A stretch of DNA of 64,000 nucleotides from Gemmatimonadota bacterium (GCA_009692205.1 SHZR01000004.1:48635-112634), one strand, 5' to 3'. Positions 33,027-43,834 are shown, numbered from the stretch's first letter. Program-made: numbers and translations. Notes: a model not told the origin generated them from the sequence alone.

Positions 33027-35237
33027 CTAGCGCGACAGCAGGTGCGTGAACTTCAGGATGAGGCGCCGCTCGTTGTACAGCGGCAGCCCCTGCGGATCCC
33101 GCCGGACCTCGTCATATACGACGTAGATGTCGCTTCCGGGCCGGTAGGTCCAACGGTAGCGAGCGCTCGTGCCGATCTGCCTCGTCGAGGAGTTGTACTG
33201 GGAGATCGCGCGCAGCGTCATCGTCGGCGTGACCGCGTAGTCGACACGGAGTGAAGCCAGGTTCAGCTTGAACGCCCCGGCATCGAGGTCGACCTCGTTG
33301 CGTGAGTAGGACGCCTCGGTGGACAGCTGATCGTTGAGGCGCGCGCCCAACGATGCCGAGTAGTCCGTGCGCGTGCCGTCGTAGAAGTCCTGCGGCGAGT
33401 ACGACAGCCGGTAGTACAAGCGGCGGGCCGGATTGCTCGAGAAGTTGGCGTACCACTCCCCGAACCTGTAGTCGCCGGCCGCCACCGGGACGCCGTTGAA
33501 GGAGAACGGGTTGTCGAGCCGCTCGAAGTAGTTGTTGTACCAAACGGTCAGGTTCGCGCCGTTGTTGAAACGCGTGCCCACCATGTGGTGCAAGCGCATC
33601 GAGACCAGCCGGTTCGATTGGTCCGTCGTGTACGTGACGTTCCACATCGGCGACATGTCCCGGATGCCGAGGATCCCCGGCCTCGGAGTATTCTCGAGGT
33701 GGATCTTGGACGTCCGGATCCCGTTGCGCGGGAGGTAACCGACCTCGGGGTTGAAGTCGTCCTGGAAGTCCGCGTACTCGGCGAAGATCCGCCAATTCTG
33801 GTCGAGCCACATCAGGTTGCCGTAGCCGCCCATGTCCCCGCCCGTGAGCCCTTCCGTCTGGGTCTTCGCGAGGAAGCCGGTGGCGCTGATGCTCGGGTGC
33901 GGAGCCAACGCGAAGTCCACCGCGTACGTGCGGTTGAAGCGGCCGCCCTTGGTCTCGACCCGGTTGATGAACAGCGCGCCCGCCCGGGAGCGAGAGAGGA
34001 AGTTCCTGCTGTAGCGCGACACGAGGAAATTCTCGCCCGACACGCCGAAGGCGCTCTCCGTCTGGACGTCCAGAATCGCGATGTCGTTGCGGCCCACCTT
34101 ACCGCTCAGACGCGCCCCCCCGAGGATCGGCACGTTGCTGTCCCGGCCGAAGAGCCCGATGCGGCGTGTGAAGAACAGATCGACGATGCGGTTCTGCGAG
34201 GTCGCGGAACCCACGTTGAACTGCCCCGCGTTCTCCAGGAAGAAGTCGCGCTTCTCGGGATAGAAGAGCTGGAAGCGCGTGAGGTTGACCTGCTCGTCGT
34301 CGACTTCGGCCTGCGCGAAGTCGGTGTTGACGGTGACGTCGAGGTTGAGGCCCGCGGTGACGCCGTACTTCACGTCGAGCCCGATGTCTCCCTGGAGGTC
34401 GTTGTCCACCACGCCCGCTTCAGAGACTCGGGTCGCGCCGCTCGTCACGAACGGTTTGATGCGGAGGTCGCTGCCACGGTTGAGGGACTGGAGTTGGTCG
34501 AGCGAGCCGGCCATGCTCACGCGTGTGATGTTGTACGCCCTCGGGATCGGTGCCCAGAACGCCTGCTCGTTCTTGCGGCCGATATTCCGCATCAGGTTGA
34601 TGCCCCAGCTCTGCGTGGAGGACTCCGGAAAGCGGAGCGTCACCATCGGGATGGCGATCTCGGCGACCCATCCTTCCGCGTCGCGATGCGCGGACACGCT
34701 CCACACCCCGTCCCAGTCCTTGTTGATGTTGGACGAGGCGCCGCCTGCACGGGATCCTTCGCCTTCGTTGGAGACCTGCTGATCGAGCTGAGCGCCGAGC
34801 GGGGTCGTCACGAACATGTACGCCGAGCGCGAGTCCATGAACGTGTCGAGGATGATCTGGAAATTGTCCTCGTCGAGAATGCGGTTGGAGTCGCGCCGCA
34901 TCTCGGTCGCGGTCACGCTCGCCGGGCTCGAGTCGTACGCGCGCACGCCCAGATAGAGCGTCCGCGCGTCGTAGAGGATGCGAACCTCGGTGCGTTCGGT
35001 CGCATCAGCACCCTCGTCCGGCTCCTGCTGCACGAAGTCGTCGATGACCGCGGCCGACGCCCACACCGCGTCGTCGAGCACACCGTCCACGATGGGACCC
35101 TGGGTCACCTGAACGGCTGGGATCAGGTAGTTGGAGTGGCTGTGAGGTCCTTCCTGGGCCGACAGCGGGAGGGCCGCGCCGGTAATCGCGGCCAGGGCCG
35201 CGAGACTACACCATACCCGATCGAGTGGGACCTTCAT
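33027..35237 (-). CDS. Exported CBM9-like / DUF5916-like protein (paralogue of 4454-7288)
   Basis: The ATG at 35237 gives MKVPLDRVWCSLAALAAITGAALPLSAQ. It shares DFAQAEVDDEQVNLTRFQLFYPEKRDFFLEN and the overall layout with the first copy. Confidence 0.8.
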   Translation of the reverse strand: MKVPLDRVWCSLAALAAITGAALPLSAQEGPHSHSNYLIPAVQVTQGPIVDGVLDDAVWASAAVIDDFVQQEPDEGADATERTEVRILYDARTLYLGVRAYDSSPASVTATEMRRDSNRILDEDNFQIILDTFMDSRSAYMFVTTPLGAQLDQQVSNEGEGSRAGGASSNINKDWDGVWSVSAHRDAEGWVAEIAIPMVTLRFPESSTQSWGINLMRNIGRKNEQAFWAPIPRAYNITRVSMAGSLDQLQSLNRGSDLRIKPFVTSGATRVSEAGVVDNDLQGDIGLDVKYGVTAGLNLDVTVNTDFAQAEVDDEQVNLTRFQLFYPEKRDFFLENAGQFNVGSATSQNRIVDLFFTRRIGLFGRDSNVPILGGARLSGKVGRNDIAILDVQTESAFGVSGENFLVSRYSRNFLSRSRAGALFINRVETKGGRFNRTYAVDFALAPHPSISATGFLAKTQTEGLTGGDMGGYGNLMWLDQNWRIFAEYADFQDDFNPEVGYLPRNGIRTSKIHLENTPRPGILGIRDMSPMWNVTYTTDQSNRLVSMRLHHMVGTRFNNGANLTVWYNNYFERLDNPFSFNGVPVAAGDYRFGEWYANFSSNPARRLYYRLSYSPQDFYDGTRTDYSASLGARLNDQLSTEASYSRNEVDLDAGAFKLNLASLRVDYAVTPTMTLRAISQYNSSTRQIGTSARYRWTYRPGSDIYVVYDEVRRDPQGLPLYNERRLILKFTHLLSR

Positions 35238-35409
35238 GAGGACTCCGTGCGTTGGGGGCGCTGCGAGGACACGCGCGCCGAGCCTGTCGTTGAGCGTCCA
35301 GGGCAGGACTGAAATGAAGCCGAAGCGCTGGCGGGGCTGGAAGGACGATGATCGCCAGCTCGCCAAATGCCGCTTGCCAAGGGCGCCCCGCCGGGGGGAA
35401 GTTCCTTCC

Positions 35410-36870
35410 ATGACGTCGTCGAAACGGGCGGGATGGGGCGCCGCGGCAGCGGCCGCCGTCCTGGGGGTCTCACTGATTGGGCTCGGATTTTGGGCCGACG
35501 AGCGGGTGGCGGCGGCGCCTCCACCCGCCTACGACCTGGTTCCGCTGCCCGCCGGCGTCGACTCCCTGACGTCGCTCGCGGATCTGGCTCGGGGCGCAGG
35601 GGTGTGCGGTCCGGCATGCTCCGGGATCGTCTACCTGTGGACCCCGCGCATGCCCCTCTCGCGTTCGGGGATCCCGAACGTCGTCGAGGCGGCGCGGGCC
35701 CTCGGTCTCCGCATCGCGCTCACGTCCACCGAGGATCTCCAGGAATACGCAGAGGGGGGTCACCCGTCCGCGGCGGGAATCTCGTTCGCCGACGCGATGC
35801 TGGAGGCGGGTGTGCTGGCGCACGCTCCCGCGCTCGTGGTCCATGCCGGGGGCGACGTGATCGGCACCGCCATCCTCGGGTATAAGAGCGCGGACGCCTA
35901 CGCGTCGCTCGTGTCGTCGCGGTTGGCGGAGGGGGCGTCCGGGGGTGGCCTCGGGGCACCGACCCCCTTCGCCCGGTTGGCCGTGCAGCCTGCCGATCCC
36001 CAGGCGCCAGCGGACTACGAGGCGGTCGGGCTCCCGGGAGCGTACTTCCGCTGGGTACCCGGCACGCGGCTCCTCGCCTACGAGTCGGACCGGAGCATCT
36101 ACTTCCTCGACCTCGCGGACGGGGAGAACCGCATCGCTCCGGGTTGGATCGACTTCGTGCCCAGCCCGGACGGCCGCTACTTCGTGACGCCCGGACCGGG
36201 CGACGGCGGGCTCACGTTCTTCGACGGACGCGAGGTGCTCGAGGCCACGGAGCGGGGGCGGAGCATGGCCGTCGAGCCGATCTTCACGGACCTGCGCATG
36301 CGCGACCAGTACCCCTCCGTGGGCATCCTGGAACAGGGCGAGTCGCGCACGCTCTATCGCGTGCTCACGAGCTGGTTCGAGGGCCTCATGTATCGGGACT
36401 ACGAGGTGCGCGTGAATCCGGCCACCGGTGCATCGAGCGTGCGGCCCGTGGGGGAGCCCATCGTGCCGTGCGCGGGCTATGCGCTCTCGACGCCTATCAT
36501 GTCGCAGACCGGCCATGAGGTCGCTGCGCGGGACGAGACGACCGGCACGACGAAGGTCTTCGAGATCCTCGAGGGCCAGAGCTGCCGCGAGGTGCTGGAC
36601 CTGGGCGCGGCGACGAGCAAGGTGGCGTGGCACGCGAGCGGCCAGAAGCTCGCGTTCGCGACGCCGCGTCGCGGGCGGGGAAGCTCGGGAGGCGAGGGCA
36701 TCTTCGTCTTCGACCGGCAGACCGGCACGACCACGAGTGTCCCGGGCAGCGGAGGCGCGAGCCGCCTCGCGTTCCCCGACTTCGTCGGAGATGAGTCGGT
36801 CGTGTTTCTCGTGCCGGCGGCTCCGGGCGCTCCGACGAGCGTCTTCCGGGTCGTCGACGGCATCCAGTAG
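35410..36870 (+). CDS. Membrane-anchored hypothetical protein with C-terminal beta-propeller-like (PD40/TolB-like) repeats
   Basis: The ATG at 35410 gives MTSSKRAGWGAAAAAAVLGVSLIGLGFW. Motifs of the form RLLAYESDRSIYFLDLADGE and FVPSPDGRYFV. The antisense ORF 35470-36633 is Arg-rich. Confidence 0.65.
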   Translation: MTSSKRAGWGAAAAAAVLGVSLIGLGFWADERVAAAPPPAYDLVPLPAGVDSLTSLADLARGAGVCGPACSGIVYLWTPRMPLSRSGIPNVVEAARALGLRIALTSTEDLQEYAEGGHPSAAGISFADAMLEAGVLAHAPALVVHAGGDVIGTAILGYKSADAYASLVSSRLAEGASGGGLGAPTPFARLAVQPADPQAPADYEAVGLPGAYFRWVPGTRLLAYESDRSIYFLDLADGENRIAPGWIDFVPSPDGRYFVTPGPGDGGLTFFDGREVLEATERGRSMAVEPIFTDLRMRDQYPSVGILEQGESRTLYRVLTSWFEGLMYRDYEVRVNPATGASSVRPVGEPIVPCAGYALSTPIMSQTGHEVAARDETTGTTKVFEILEGQSCREVLDLGAATSKVAWHASGQKLAFATPRRGRGSSGGEGIFVFDRQTGTTTSVPGSGGASRLAFPDFVGDESVVFLVPAAPGAPTSVFRVVDGIQ

Positions 36871-36879
36871 CTTGGCGCC

Positions 36880-38169
36880 ATGACCCTCCGACGCCTATAC
36901 GCTCTCGGGCTCCTGGCAGCCCTCGCCGCCTGCGGTCCGGCAGAGCAGCCCTCACCCGAGGTCGACCTCGAGACGCGCGCCCGCGCCATTCACGACGCGG
37001 TGCTCACCATCGACACGCACGACGACATCGGGTTCGACTTCGCCACGCCGGCCGTCGATCCGCTGAACGCGGACCGTCAGGTCAACCTCGAGAAGATGAG
37101 GGCCGGCGGGCTCGATGCCGGCTTCTTCATCGTCTATGTGGGGCAGACGGAGCGCACTCCGGCCAACTACCGCGCCGCCCAAGAAGGGGCGGTCACGAAG
37201 TTCGAAGCGATCCACAGGATGGCCGAGGTGATGTACCCGGACCAGATCGAGATCCCGTACACCGCGGACGATGTCGAACGCATCAACGCCTCGGGCAAGC
37301 TCGTGGCGGCGATCGGCATCGAGAACGGTTTCGTGATCGGCAGGGACCTGTCGCTGCTCACCGACTACTACGGGCGCGGCGCACGCTACATGACGCTCGC
37401 GCACAACGGCCACAACGACATCGCGGACTCGGCGCAGCCGCGGGACCCGCTGGGCGATGTGCCGGAGGAGCACGGCGGCCTGAGCGCGTTCGGTGAGGAG
37501 GTCGTCGCGGAGATGAATCGACTGGGGATGATGGTCGACATCTCTCACATCTCGAAGAACGCGGCGCTGGATGCGATTCGAGTCTCACGCGCCCCGGTGA
37601 TCGCGTCGCATTCCAGCACGGCCGGGGTGCAGCCGCACGCGAGGAACCTCGACGACGAGACGTTGCTCGCGCTCCGGGACAACGGGGGCGTGATGCAGAC
37701 CGTCGCGTTTGCGGGTTACGTGAAGGTGCAGCCGCCGGAGCGGGCTCAGGAGCTCGCGGATCTGCGCTACTCGCACGGCTTCGTCGGCGGACCAGGGCTC
37801 GACAGCATCGCGGGGATGGCCTCGCAGGACAGGTTCGACTACGAGCGCGGGATCGACATGCTCGATCTGCACTTCCCGCCCGCGAACGTGTCCGACTTCG
37901 TGAACCACATCGACTACGCGGTCCGCCTCATCGGCATCGACCACGTGGGCATCAGCTCGGACTTCGACGGGGGCGGCGGCGTCTACGGCTGGGACGACGC
38001 GTCCGAGGCGCCGAACGTGACGCTCGAACTCGTCCGCCGCGGCTACTCCGAGGAAGACATCGCGAAGCTGTGGGGCGGCAACCTGCTGCGTGTGTGGCGC
38101 GAGGTGGAGCGGGTCGCGGCGGAACTCAGCTCTGCTTCTCCTACGCCTGCTCAACCTCCGGAGCGATGA
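36880..38169 (+). CDS. Membrane (renal-type) dipeptidase, peptidase family M19
   Basis: Lipoprotein-like signal LLAALAAC. Motifs IDTHDDIGFD, MTLAHNGHNDIADS, MMVDISHIS, IASHSS and GISSDFDGGGG. Confidence 0.85.
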   Translation: MTLRRLYALGLLAALAACGPAEQPSPEVDLETRARAIHDAVLTIDTHDDIGFDFATPAVDPLNADRQVNLEKMRAGGLDAGFFIVYVGQTERTPANYRAAQEGAVTKFEAIHRMAEVMYPDQIEIPYTADDVERINASGKLVAAIGIENGFVIGRDLSLLTDYYGRGARYMTLAHNGHNDIADSAQPRDPLGDVPEEHGGLSAFGEEVVAEMNRLGMMVDISHISKNAALDAIRVSRAPVIASHSSTAGVQPHARNLDDETLLALRDNGGVMQTVAFAGYVKVQPPERAQELADLRYSHGFVGGPGLDSIAGMASQDRFDYERGIDMLDLHFPPANVSDFVNHIDYAVRLIGIDHVGISSDFDGGGGVYGWDDASEAPNVTLELVRRGYSEEDIAKLWGGNLLRVWREVERVAAELSSASPTPAQPPER

Positions 38170-39838
38170 ACCCCTCGTTCTCGAGATAGAGCAGGATAGT
38201 CGCGGCTGCTTCCTCGACGCTCAGCTTCGCGGTCTCGATCACGATCTCGGCCTTCTCGGGCTCCTCGTACGGATCGTCGATGCCGGTGAAGCCCTTGATC
38301 AGCCCCGCGCGCGCTTTGGCGTAGAGGCCCTTCCGGTCGCGCTGCTCGCAGACTTCGATCGGGCACGAGATGTATACCTCGATGAACGCGCCCACGGCGT
38401 CGACCATCTGCCGCACCTCGCGGCGCACAGCCCGATACGGTGCGATTGGCGCGCAGATCGCGGCGCCCCGATTCTTGGTAATCTCGCTCGCGACGAACCC
38501 AATCCTCTTGATGTTGAGGTCGCGGTGCTCCTTCGAGAACCCGAGTTCACTCGAGAGGTTCTTCCGCACCAGGTCGCCGTCGAGCAGAGTGACGGGCCGC
38601 GTGCCGATCTCCATCAGCTTCGCCATGAGCACGTTCGCGATCGTTGATTTGCCGGACCCCGAGAGGCCGGTCAGGAAGAGCGTGAAGCCCTGGTGGGAGC
38701 GCGCCGGGTAGCGGTCCCGGAGCTCCTTGACGACCTCGGGATAGGTGAACCACTCGGGGATGTCGGAGCCGTCGCGCAGACGGCGACGAAGCTCCGTGCC
38801 CGAGATGTTCAGGATGCGCCCGCCCTCGGGGATCTTGGAGACCGGCCAGTACTCTCCCTTGTCCTCGAAGTAGACCATCTCCTCGAAGGAGACGACCTCG
38901 ATGCCGACCTCCTTCGCGTGCTTCTCGGCCAGCTGCTGCGCGTCGTACGGCCCGTAGAATCCCTTGCCGGTCTTGGGGTCGCTCGGACCTGCGTGGTCGC
39001 GGCCGACGATGAAGTGCGTGCACCCGTAGTTCTTGCGGATGATCGAGTGCCAGACCGCCTCGCGGGGGCCGCCCATCCGCATCGCGAGCGGCAGCAGGCT
39101 CACCATCGCCGAGTGCGCGGGCGTGTGCTTGAGCACCGCCTCGTAGCAGCGCACCCGGGTGAAATAGTCGACGTCGCCCGGGTTCGTCATGCCCACGACG
39201 GGGTGAATCAGCAGGTTGCCCTCGATCATCTGCGCGGCGCGACGCGCGAGCTCGGCGTGCGCGCGGTGCATCGGGTTGCGCGTTTGGAACGCGACGATGC
39301 GATTCCAACCGATACGCTTGAACTCGGCCTTCAGTTCGGCAGGCGTATGGCGGAGATGGCGGAACGTGTGGTGAGTCGGAAGCTCAACGCCCTCGAGCTT
39401 GCCGCCCAGGTAGGTGGGATGGCTCTTCTTCAACTCGAAAACACCGGGATGGCCGTCGTCAGCTGTGCCGAGCACGCTCTGCGCCTCGGCGTTCTTGTCC
39501 GGCGTCCAGACGTCGGAGACCGTGAGCACCGCGAGCACCATGCCCTCGGGGTGCCGGAGCGCGACTCGGCTACCTATCTGGAGGGTTCCGGCGAACTCGT
39601 TGGTGACGTCGAGCGTGATCGGCATCGGCCAGAGCGTTCCGTCCGCGAGCCGCATCCCCTTGCAGACGCCCTCGTAGTCGGCGTGGCCGAGGTATCCCTG
39701 CAGCGGCGCGAACGCCCCGTTGAGGAGTAGCTCGAGGTCCCAAATCTGCCGGAAGGTCACGTCCCAGGAGGGGAGGTGGACCGCTTCCTTCTTGAGCTCC
39801 TGAGCGCGCTTGCTACTCACCATGAGGCCGTCCGCCAC
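38141..39838 (-). CDS. sat: Bifunctional sulfate adenylyltransferase / adenylylsulfate kinase (Sat-CysC fusion)
   Basis: GTG start 6 nt after GGGAGAA. ATP-sulfurylase motifs QTRNPMHRAHAEL and HFIVGRDHAG. C-terminal APS kinase P-loop FLTGLSGSGKSTIANVL. The 3' end overlaps the convergent dipeptidase gene by 29 nt. Confidence 0.9.
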   Translation of the reverse strand: MADGLMVSSKRAQELKKEAVHLPSWDVTFRQIWDLELLLNGAFAPLQGYLGHADYEGVCKGMRLADGTLWPMPITLDVTNEFAGTLQIGSRVALRHPEGMVLAVLTVSDVWTPDKNAEAQSVLGTADDGHPGVFELKKSHPTYLGGKLEGVELPTHHTFRHLRHTPAELKAEFKRIGWNRIVAFQTRNPMHRAHAELARRAAQMIEGNLLIHPVVGMTNPGDVDYFTRVRCYEAVLKHTPAHSAMVSLLPLAMRMGGPREAVWHSIIRKNYGCTHFIVGRDHAGPSDPKTGKGFYGPYDAQQLAEKHAKEVGIEVVSFEEMVYFEDKGEYWPVSKIPEGGRILNISGTELRRRLRDGSDIPEWFTYPEVVKELRDRYPARSHQGFTLFLTGLSGSGKSTIANVLMAKLMEIGTRPVTLLDGDLVRKNLSSELGFSKEHRDLNIKRIGFVASEITKNRGAAICAPIAPYRAVRREVRQMVDAVGAFIEVYISCPIEVCEQRDRKGLYAKARAGLIKGFTGIDDPYEEPEKAEIVIETAKLSVEEAAATILLYLENEGFIAPEVEQA

Positions 39839-39919
39839 GTGCGTTCTCCCGATGTGCTGGTGTGAGGGGAGCGCATTGTAATGCGGATGGCGCCCCAGGG
39901 AAGGGGCGCGGTGGGTCGG

Positions 39920-40480
39920 CTACGGGCAGGGCGCGTAGGTGATCGGGTCTTCCGCGCGCAGGCCGCCCCCATCCTGCGGAACCCAGCGGTACCACTCCCC
40001 GCACGGCTGGCCAGCGGCGTAGTTGCCGCGCTCGGCGAGCTCCCCCATCGGGCCCATGTCCGGCATGTGGTTCGCGTGGGGCGACATGGTCATGGCCCGC
40101 GACCAGTGCGATTCGTAGGGGCCCTCCAGAAGGCCATCCCGATAGGTGCCCTTGTCCGACGGAGCGCCCTCCCGGAAGAACGACTCGAACGGCCCGTGCA
40201 GCACGCCGCTCCGCCACGACTCGCGCACCTCGAGTTGACCCTCGAAGTAGTACGTCTCGTGCACGCCGTCCCAGCGGCCGTTGAGGAGCGTACCGCGCTC
40301 CCGGACGAGCACCGCGTCCCACATCGCTACCACCGGGCCCGTGTACGGCTCGAGAGTGCCCCGCAGGAGGTACACGCCGCGCCGCTCGATGAGCTCGTTG
40401 AAGTTCAACGGCGCTTGGGCGGATAGGGCGGCATGGCCGCCCAGGAATAGGCCACAGACCAGGAGTAAGGATCTCGTCAT
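39920..40480 (-). CDS. Exported MORN-repeat-variant (YwqK-like) protein
   Basis: MTRSLLLVCGLFLGGHAALSAQ signal. Repeated G.W.G....Y...G motifs (LLNGRWDGVHETYYFEGQL, RSGVLHGPFESFFREG, YRDGLLEGPYESHW). Confidence 0.65.
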   Translation of the reverse strand: MTRSLLLVCGLFLGGHAALSAQAPLNFNELIERRGVYLLRGTLEPYTGPVVAMWDAVLVRERGTLLNGRWDGVHETYYFEGQLEVRESWRSGVLHGPFESFFREGAPSDKGTYRDGLLEGPYESHWSRAMTMSPHANHMPDMGPMGELAERGNYAAGQPCGEWYRWVPQDGGGLRAEDPITYAPCP

Positions 40481-40636
40481 GGCGCCGTCATTCACCTCGC
40501 GAAGTGGCTACACCCTCTATACACACGTTACGGCCGGAGTTGGTTGCGGTCCACCGGGGACGCCCGCGTGGGGTCGCTTGTCCGGCGCCACCCCACCCCC
40601 TACCGTCCGCTCTCCTCACCCTCGTTGGAGGCAGCG

Positions 40637-41689
40637 ATGAAGTATCGAGTGCTGGGCGACACAGGCGTATTCGTCTCGGAGCTGTGCCTCGGCGCCATGA
40701 CCTTTGGCGGTGGCGCCCAGATCTGGCAGACGATCGGCGGCCTCGGCCAAGCCGAGGTGGACTCGCTGGTCGGACGCTCGCTCGATGCGGGCATCAATTT
40801 CATCGACACCGCGAATGTGTACTCCACGGGCGTGTCGGAGACGCTCCTCGGCCGGTCACTCTACGGAAAGAGGCACGACGTCGTGCTCGCGACCAAGGTG
40901 CGGGGCCGCATGGGCACCGGCGCCAACGACGTGGGGCTCTCTCGCCTTCACATCATGCGGGAGGTCGAGGCGAGCCTGAAACGGCTCGACACCGACTACA
41001 TCGATCTCTACCAGATCCACCGCACAGATCCGGTAGCCAACATCGAGGACACGCTGCGCGCGCTCGACGACCTCGTGCGGCAGGGGAAGGTCCGCTACAT
41101 CGGGTCCTCCAACCTGCCCGCGTGGCAGCTCATGAAGGCGCTCGCAATCTCGCGGGCCGAGGGCCTCGAGCGCTTTAGGTCCACACAGAACTACTACTCC
41201 CTCGTGGGGCGTGAGCTCGAGTGGGACACCATCCCCCTGATCCAAGATCAGGGTGTCGGCCTGCTCGTGTGGAGCCCGCTCGCGGGCGGCTTCCTCTCGG
41301 GCAAGTTCACCAGGGACATGACGGGAGAGGGTCGCCGCAAGACGTTCGACTTCCCTCCGGTCGACAAAGAGAAGGGCTACGGCATCGTCGACGCGCTGGC
41401 CAAGGTGGCCAAGGCGCGCGGAGCGAGCGTAGCTCAGGTCGCGCTCGCGTGGGTGCTCGCGCAGCGCGCGGTGACGAGCGTCATCATCGGGGCGCGCAAT
41501 CTGACACAGCTCGACGACAATCTCGGCGCCGTCGACCTCACGCTCACGGACGAGGACCTCGAGGTGCTCGACGACGTCAGCCGCGTACCGCCTGCATATC
41601 CGCTGTGGATGGACGCGCTGGGCTCGGATCGTCGCCCCGGCGAGGTGCGGCGCTTCGATCAGGCGACGCAGCCGCCGGCGAAGAAGTAG
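40637..41689 (+). CDS. Aldo/keto reductase
   Basis: GGAGGC lies before the ATG at 40637. MKYRVLGDTGVFVSELCLGAMTFGG, GINFIDTANVY, YIDLYQIHRTD and IGSSNLPAWQ. Confidence 0.85.
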   Translation: MKYRVLGDTGVFVSELCLGAMTFGGGAQIWQTIGGLGQAEVDSLVGRSLDAGINFIDTANVYSTGVSETLLGRSLYGKRHDVVLATKVRGRMGTGANDVGLSRLHIMREVEASLKRLDTDYIDLYQIHRTDPVANIEDTLRALDDLVRQGKVRYIGSSNLPAWQLMKALAISRAEGLERFRSTQNYYSLVGRELEWDTIPLIQDQGVGLLVWSPLAGGFLSGKFTRDMTGEGRRKTFDFPPVDKEKGYGIVDALAKVAKARGASVAQVALAWVLAQRAVTSVIIGARNLTQLDDNLGAVDLTLTDEDLEVLDDVSRVPPAYPLWMDALGSDRRPGEVRRFDQATQPPAKK

Positions 41690-41728
41690 GAGCGCAGTGG
41701 TGGCGGCCGCGGGGCCGCGTCGCGCGCG

Positions 41729-43834
41729 CTACCTGCGTTCTTCGGCCGCTTGCGCCGCGAGGTCCGTCTCGGCACGAGCGCGGATGTAGTGCTGAAGAGC
41801 GACGAGCTCGTCGAGCGAGATGTCGGCATACGCGGGCATGCCGTTCACGGCGCGGGCGCCGTCTCGCACCACGCTCGCGAAGTCCTCGAGCCTCGTCACG
41901 ATGAGCGAGGCGCGCAGATCGGGCGTGAGGCCGCCGGCCACGGCGCCGCCGCCGTGACAGAGGCTGCACTGCTGCCCGAACACCACGGCGCCGCGCCCCA
42001 CCTGCGCCCGGTCCACCTCGAAGGGCGCATCGATCGGACCGGGGATGTAGGGCGGGGGCTGAGGCGGCAGCGTCGCGGTGCCCTCGAGCGAGAACGTCAC
42101 GAGCCGACGCGTGTGAAGACCATACGCCCAACCCAGGGCCGCCGCCTCGGTGCCCCGCGCCGCCAAGCTGCCATATCCCACGAGCAGCGCCACGTACTGC
42201 CGGCCGTCGACGGCGTAGGTGATCGGGGGCGCGAGGATGCCGAGCCCGAGGTCGTACGTCCATAGCTCCGCGCCCGTATCCGCGCGGTATGCGACGAACG
42301 CGCCGTCGAGGCGACCCTGGAAGACGAGATTGCCGGCGGTGGTCATCGTTCCGGGGCTGTAGAGACCCGGGAGCGGGATCTCCCAGGCGAGCTCCTGCCG
42401 CACCGGGTCCCAAGCCTGGAGCGTGCTGAGCAAGCCGTCGGGGTGCGTCGAGCCGGTGTTGCCTCCGCCGACTCCAACGCCGACGAGCCAGTTCGTCACG
42501 CGGTAGGTCGCCGGGTCGATGCCGATGTCCGTGTACGTGCGCGCCTGGTGCATCGCGGGGTAGTAGGCGAGTCCGGTTTCTGGGTTGAACGACATGGCGT
42601 GCCAGTTGTGCCCACCGAGTTCCGTCGGCGTGACGCTCGCCATCCCGCTCTCGTAGCGCGCACCCGGAACCTCGACCGGACGGCCGGTCTCGAGATCGAT
42701 GCTCGACGCCCAAGTGGTCTCGACGAAGTTCTCCGCCGAGATGAGCTCGCCGTTCGTGCGGTCGATGACGTAGAAGAACCCGTTCTTGGGCGCGTGCAGG
42801 ATGACCTTCCGCTCACGTCCCTCGATCTCCAGGTCCGCGAGCACGATGTCCATGTTCGAGTTGTAGTCCCACGTCTCGCCGGGCGTCGTCTGGTAGTGCC
42901 AGAGGTACTCGCCCGTATCGGGATCGAGCGCGACGATCGAGCAGAGGAACAGATTGTCGCCGCCCCCCGGGCTGCGGACCTTCTGGTTCCAGGGTGATCC
43001 GTTGCCCGTGCCGATGTAGAGCTGATCGAGCTCGGCGTCGTACGTGAACCCGTGCCAGGCGTTGCCGCCCCCGCCGTGGGTCCACCACTCGCCGGTCCAC
43101 GTTTCGGCGGCCATGCGCATAGCGTCGTTCTCGAATCCGTCCGCGGGGTTGCCGGGCACGATCCAGAAGCGCCACGCCTGCTCGCCCGTTTCGGCGTCGT
43201 AGGCGGTGACGTAGCCGCGGCTGGGCCCGTTCTCGGTGCCGCCGTTGCCCACCAGCACCTTGCCCTTGAAGACCTTGGGCGGGCCGGTGATGTACATCGC
43301 CAGTTCCGGGTCGATCGTCTGCACGCTCCAGACTTCGGCACCCGTGGCCGCGTCGACCGCGTTCAGGCGCCCGTCCCACGTGGCGACGTAGACCTTGTCG
43401 TTCCAGTACGCGATGCCGCGGCTCAGGTCCCACCCGGCGCGCAGCCTGCCCGCGTACTCGCGAACGCGCGGATCGTACGTCCAGAGCACTGTGCCCGAGG
43501 TCGCGTCCACGGCGCGTACGATGTTCATGCTGCCGATGAAGTAGAGTACGCCGTCCACTACGAGCGGTGTGGAGCCGAGCCCCTTGTCGCCCGGCAGGTC
43601 CAGGTACCAGTCGACCGCTAGGCCGCCGACGTTCGCATCGGTGATCTGCGTGAGCGGGCTGAAGCGCTGCTCGCTCGACGTGCGGCCGAACCCGAGCCAG
43701 TTGTCGCCCTGCGTGGTGTCGGCCAGCGCCGCGTCGTCGACGACGGTGCGAGTCGGCTCGTCGGGCGCGGCGCAGCCGGTGAGGCCGAGCGTAAGGACCG
43801 CCAGCAGACTCGGCGTGCGGCGGCGCCCACGCAT
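41729..43834 (-). CDS. Quinohemoprotein PQQ-dependent alcohol dehydrogenase (methanol/ethanol family with C-terminal cytochrome c domain)
   Basis: The ATG at 43834 gives MRGRRRTPSLLAVLTLGLTGC (lipobox). WLGFGRTSSEQRFSPLTQI...STPLVVDGVLYF are PQQ propeller repeats. C-terminal CSLCHGGG. Confidence 0.85.
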   Translation of the reverse strand: MRGRRRTPSLLAVLTLGLTGCAAPDEPTRTVVDDAALADTTQGDNWLGFGRTSSEQRFSPLTQITDANVGGLAVDWYLDLPGDKGLGSTPLVVDGVLYFIGSMNIVRAVDATSGTVLWTYDPRVREYAGRLRAGWDLSRGIAYWNDKVYVATWDGRLNAVDAATGAEVWSVQTIDPELAMYITGPPKVFKGKVLVGNGGTENGPSRGYVTAYDAETGEQAWRFWIVPGNPADGFENDAMRMAAETWTGEWWTHGGGGNAWHGFTYDAELDQLYIGTGNGSPWNQKVRSPGGGDNLFLCSIVALDPDTGEYLWHYQTTPGETWDYNSNMDIVLADLEIEGRERKVILHAPKNGFFYVIDRTNGELISAENFVETTWASSIDLETGRPVEVPGARYESGMASVTPTELGGHNWHAMSFNPETGLAYYPAMHQARTYTDIGIDPATYRVTNWLVGVGVGGGNTGSTHPDGLLSTLQAWDPVRQELAWEIPLPGLYSPGTMTTAGNLVFQGRLDGAFVAYRADTGAELWTYDLGLGILAPPITYAVDGRQYVALLVGYGSLAARGTEAAALGWAYGLHTRRLVTFSLEGTATLPPQPPPYIPGPIDAPFEVDRAQVGRGAVVFGQQCSLCHGGGAVAGGLTPDLRASLIVTRLEDFASVVRDGARAVNGMPAYADISLDELVALQHYIRARAETDLAAQAAEERR

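Noticed and set aside
38141-38169. 29-nt convergent overlap of the dipeptidase and sat-cysC 3' ends as a regulatory antisense feature
   Set aside because: Short 3' overlaps are common in compact GC-rich genomes. Nothing in the sequence, such as a distinctive structure, singles this one out.
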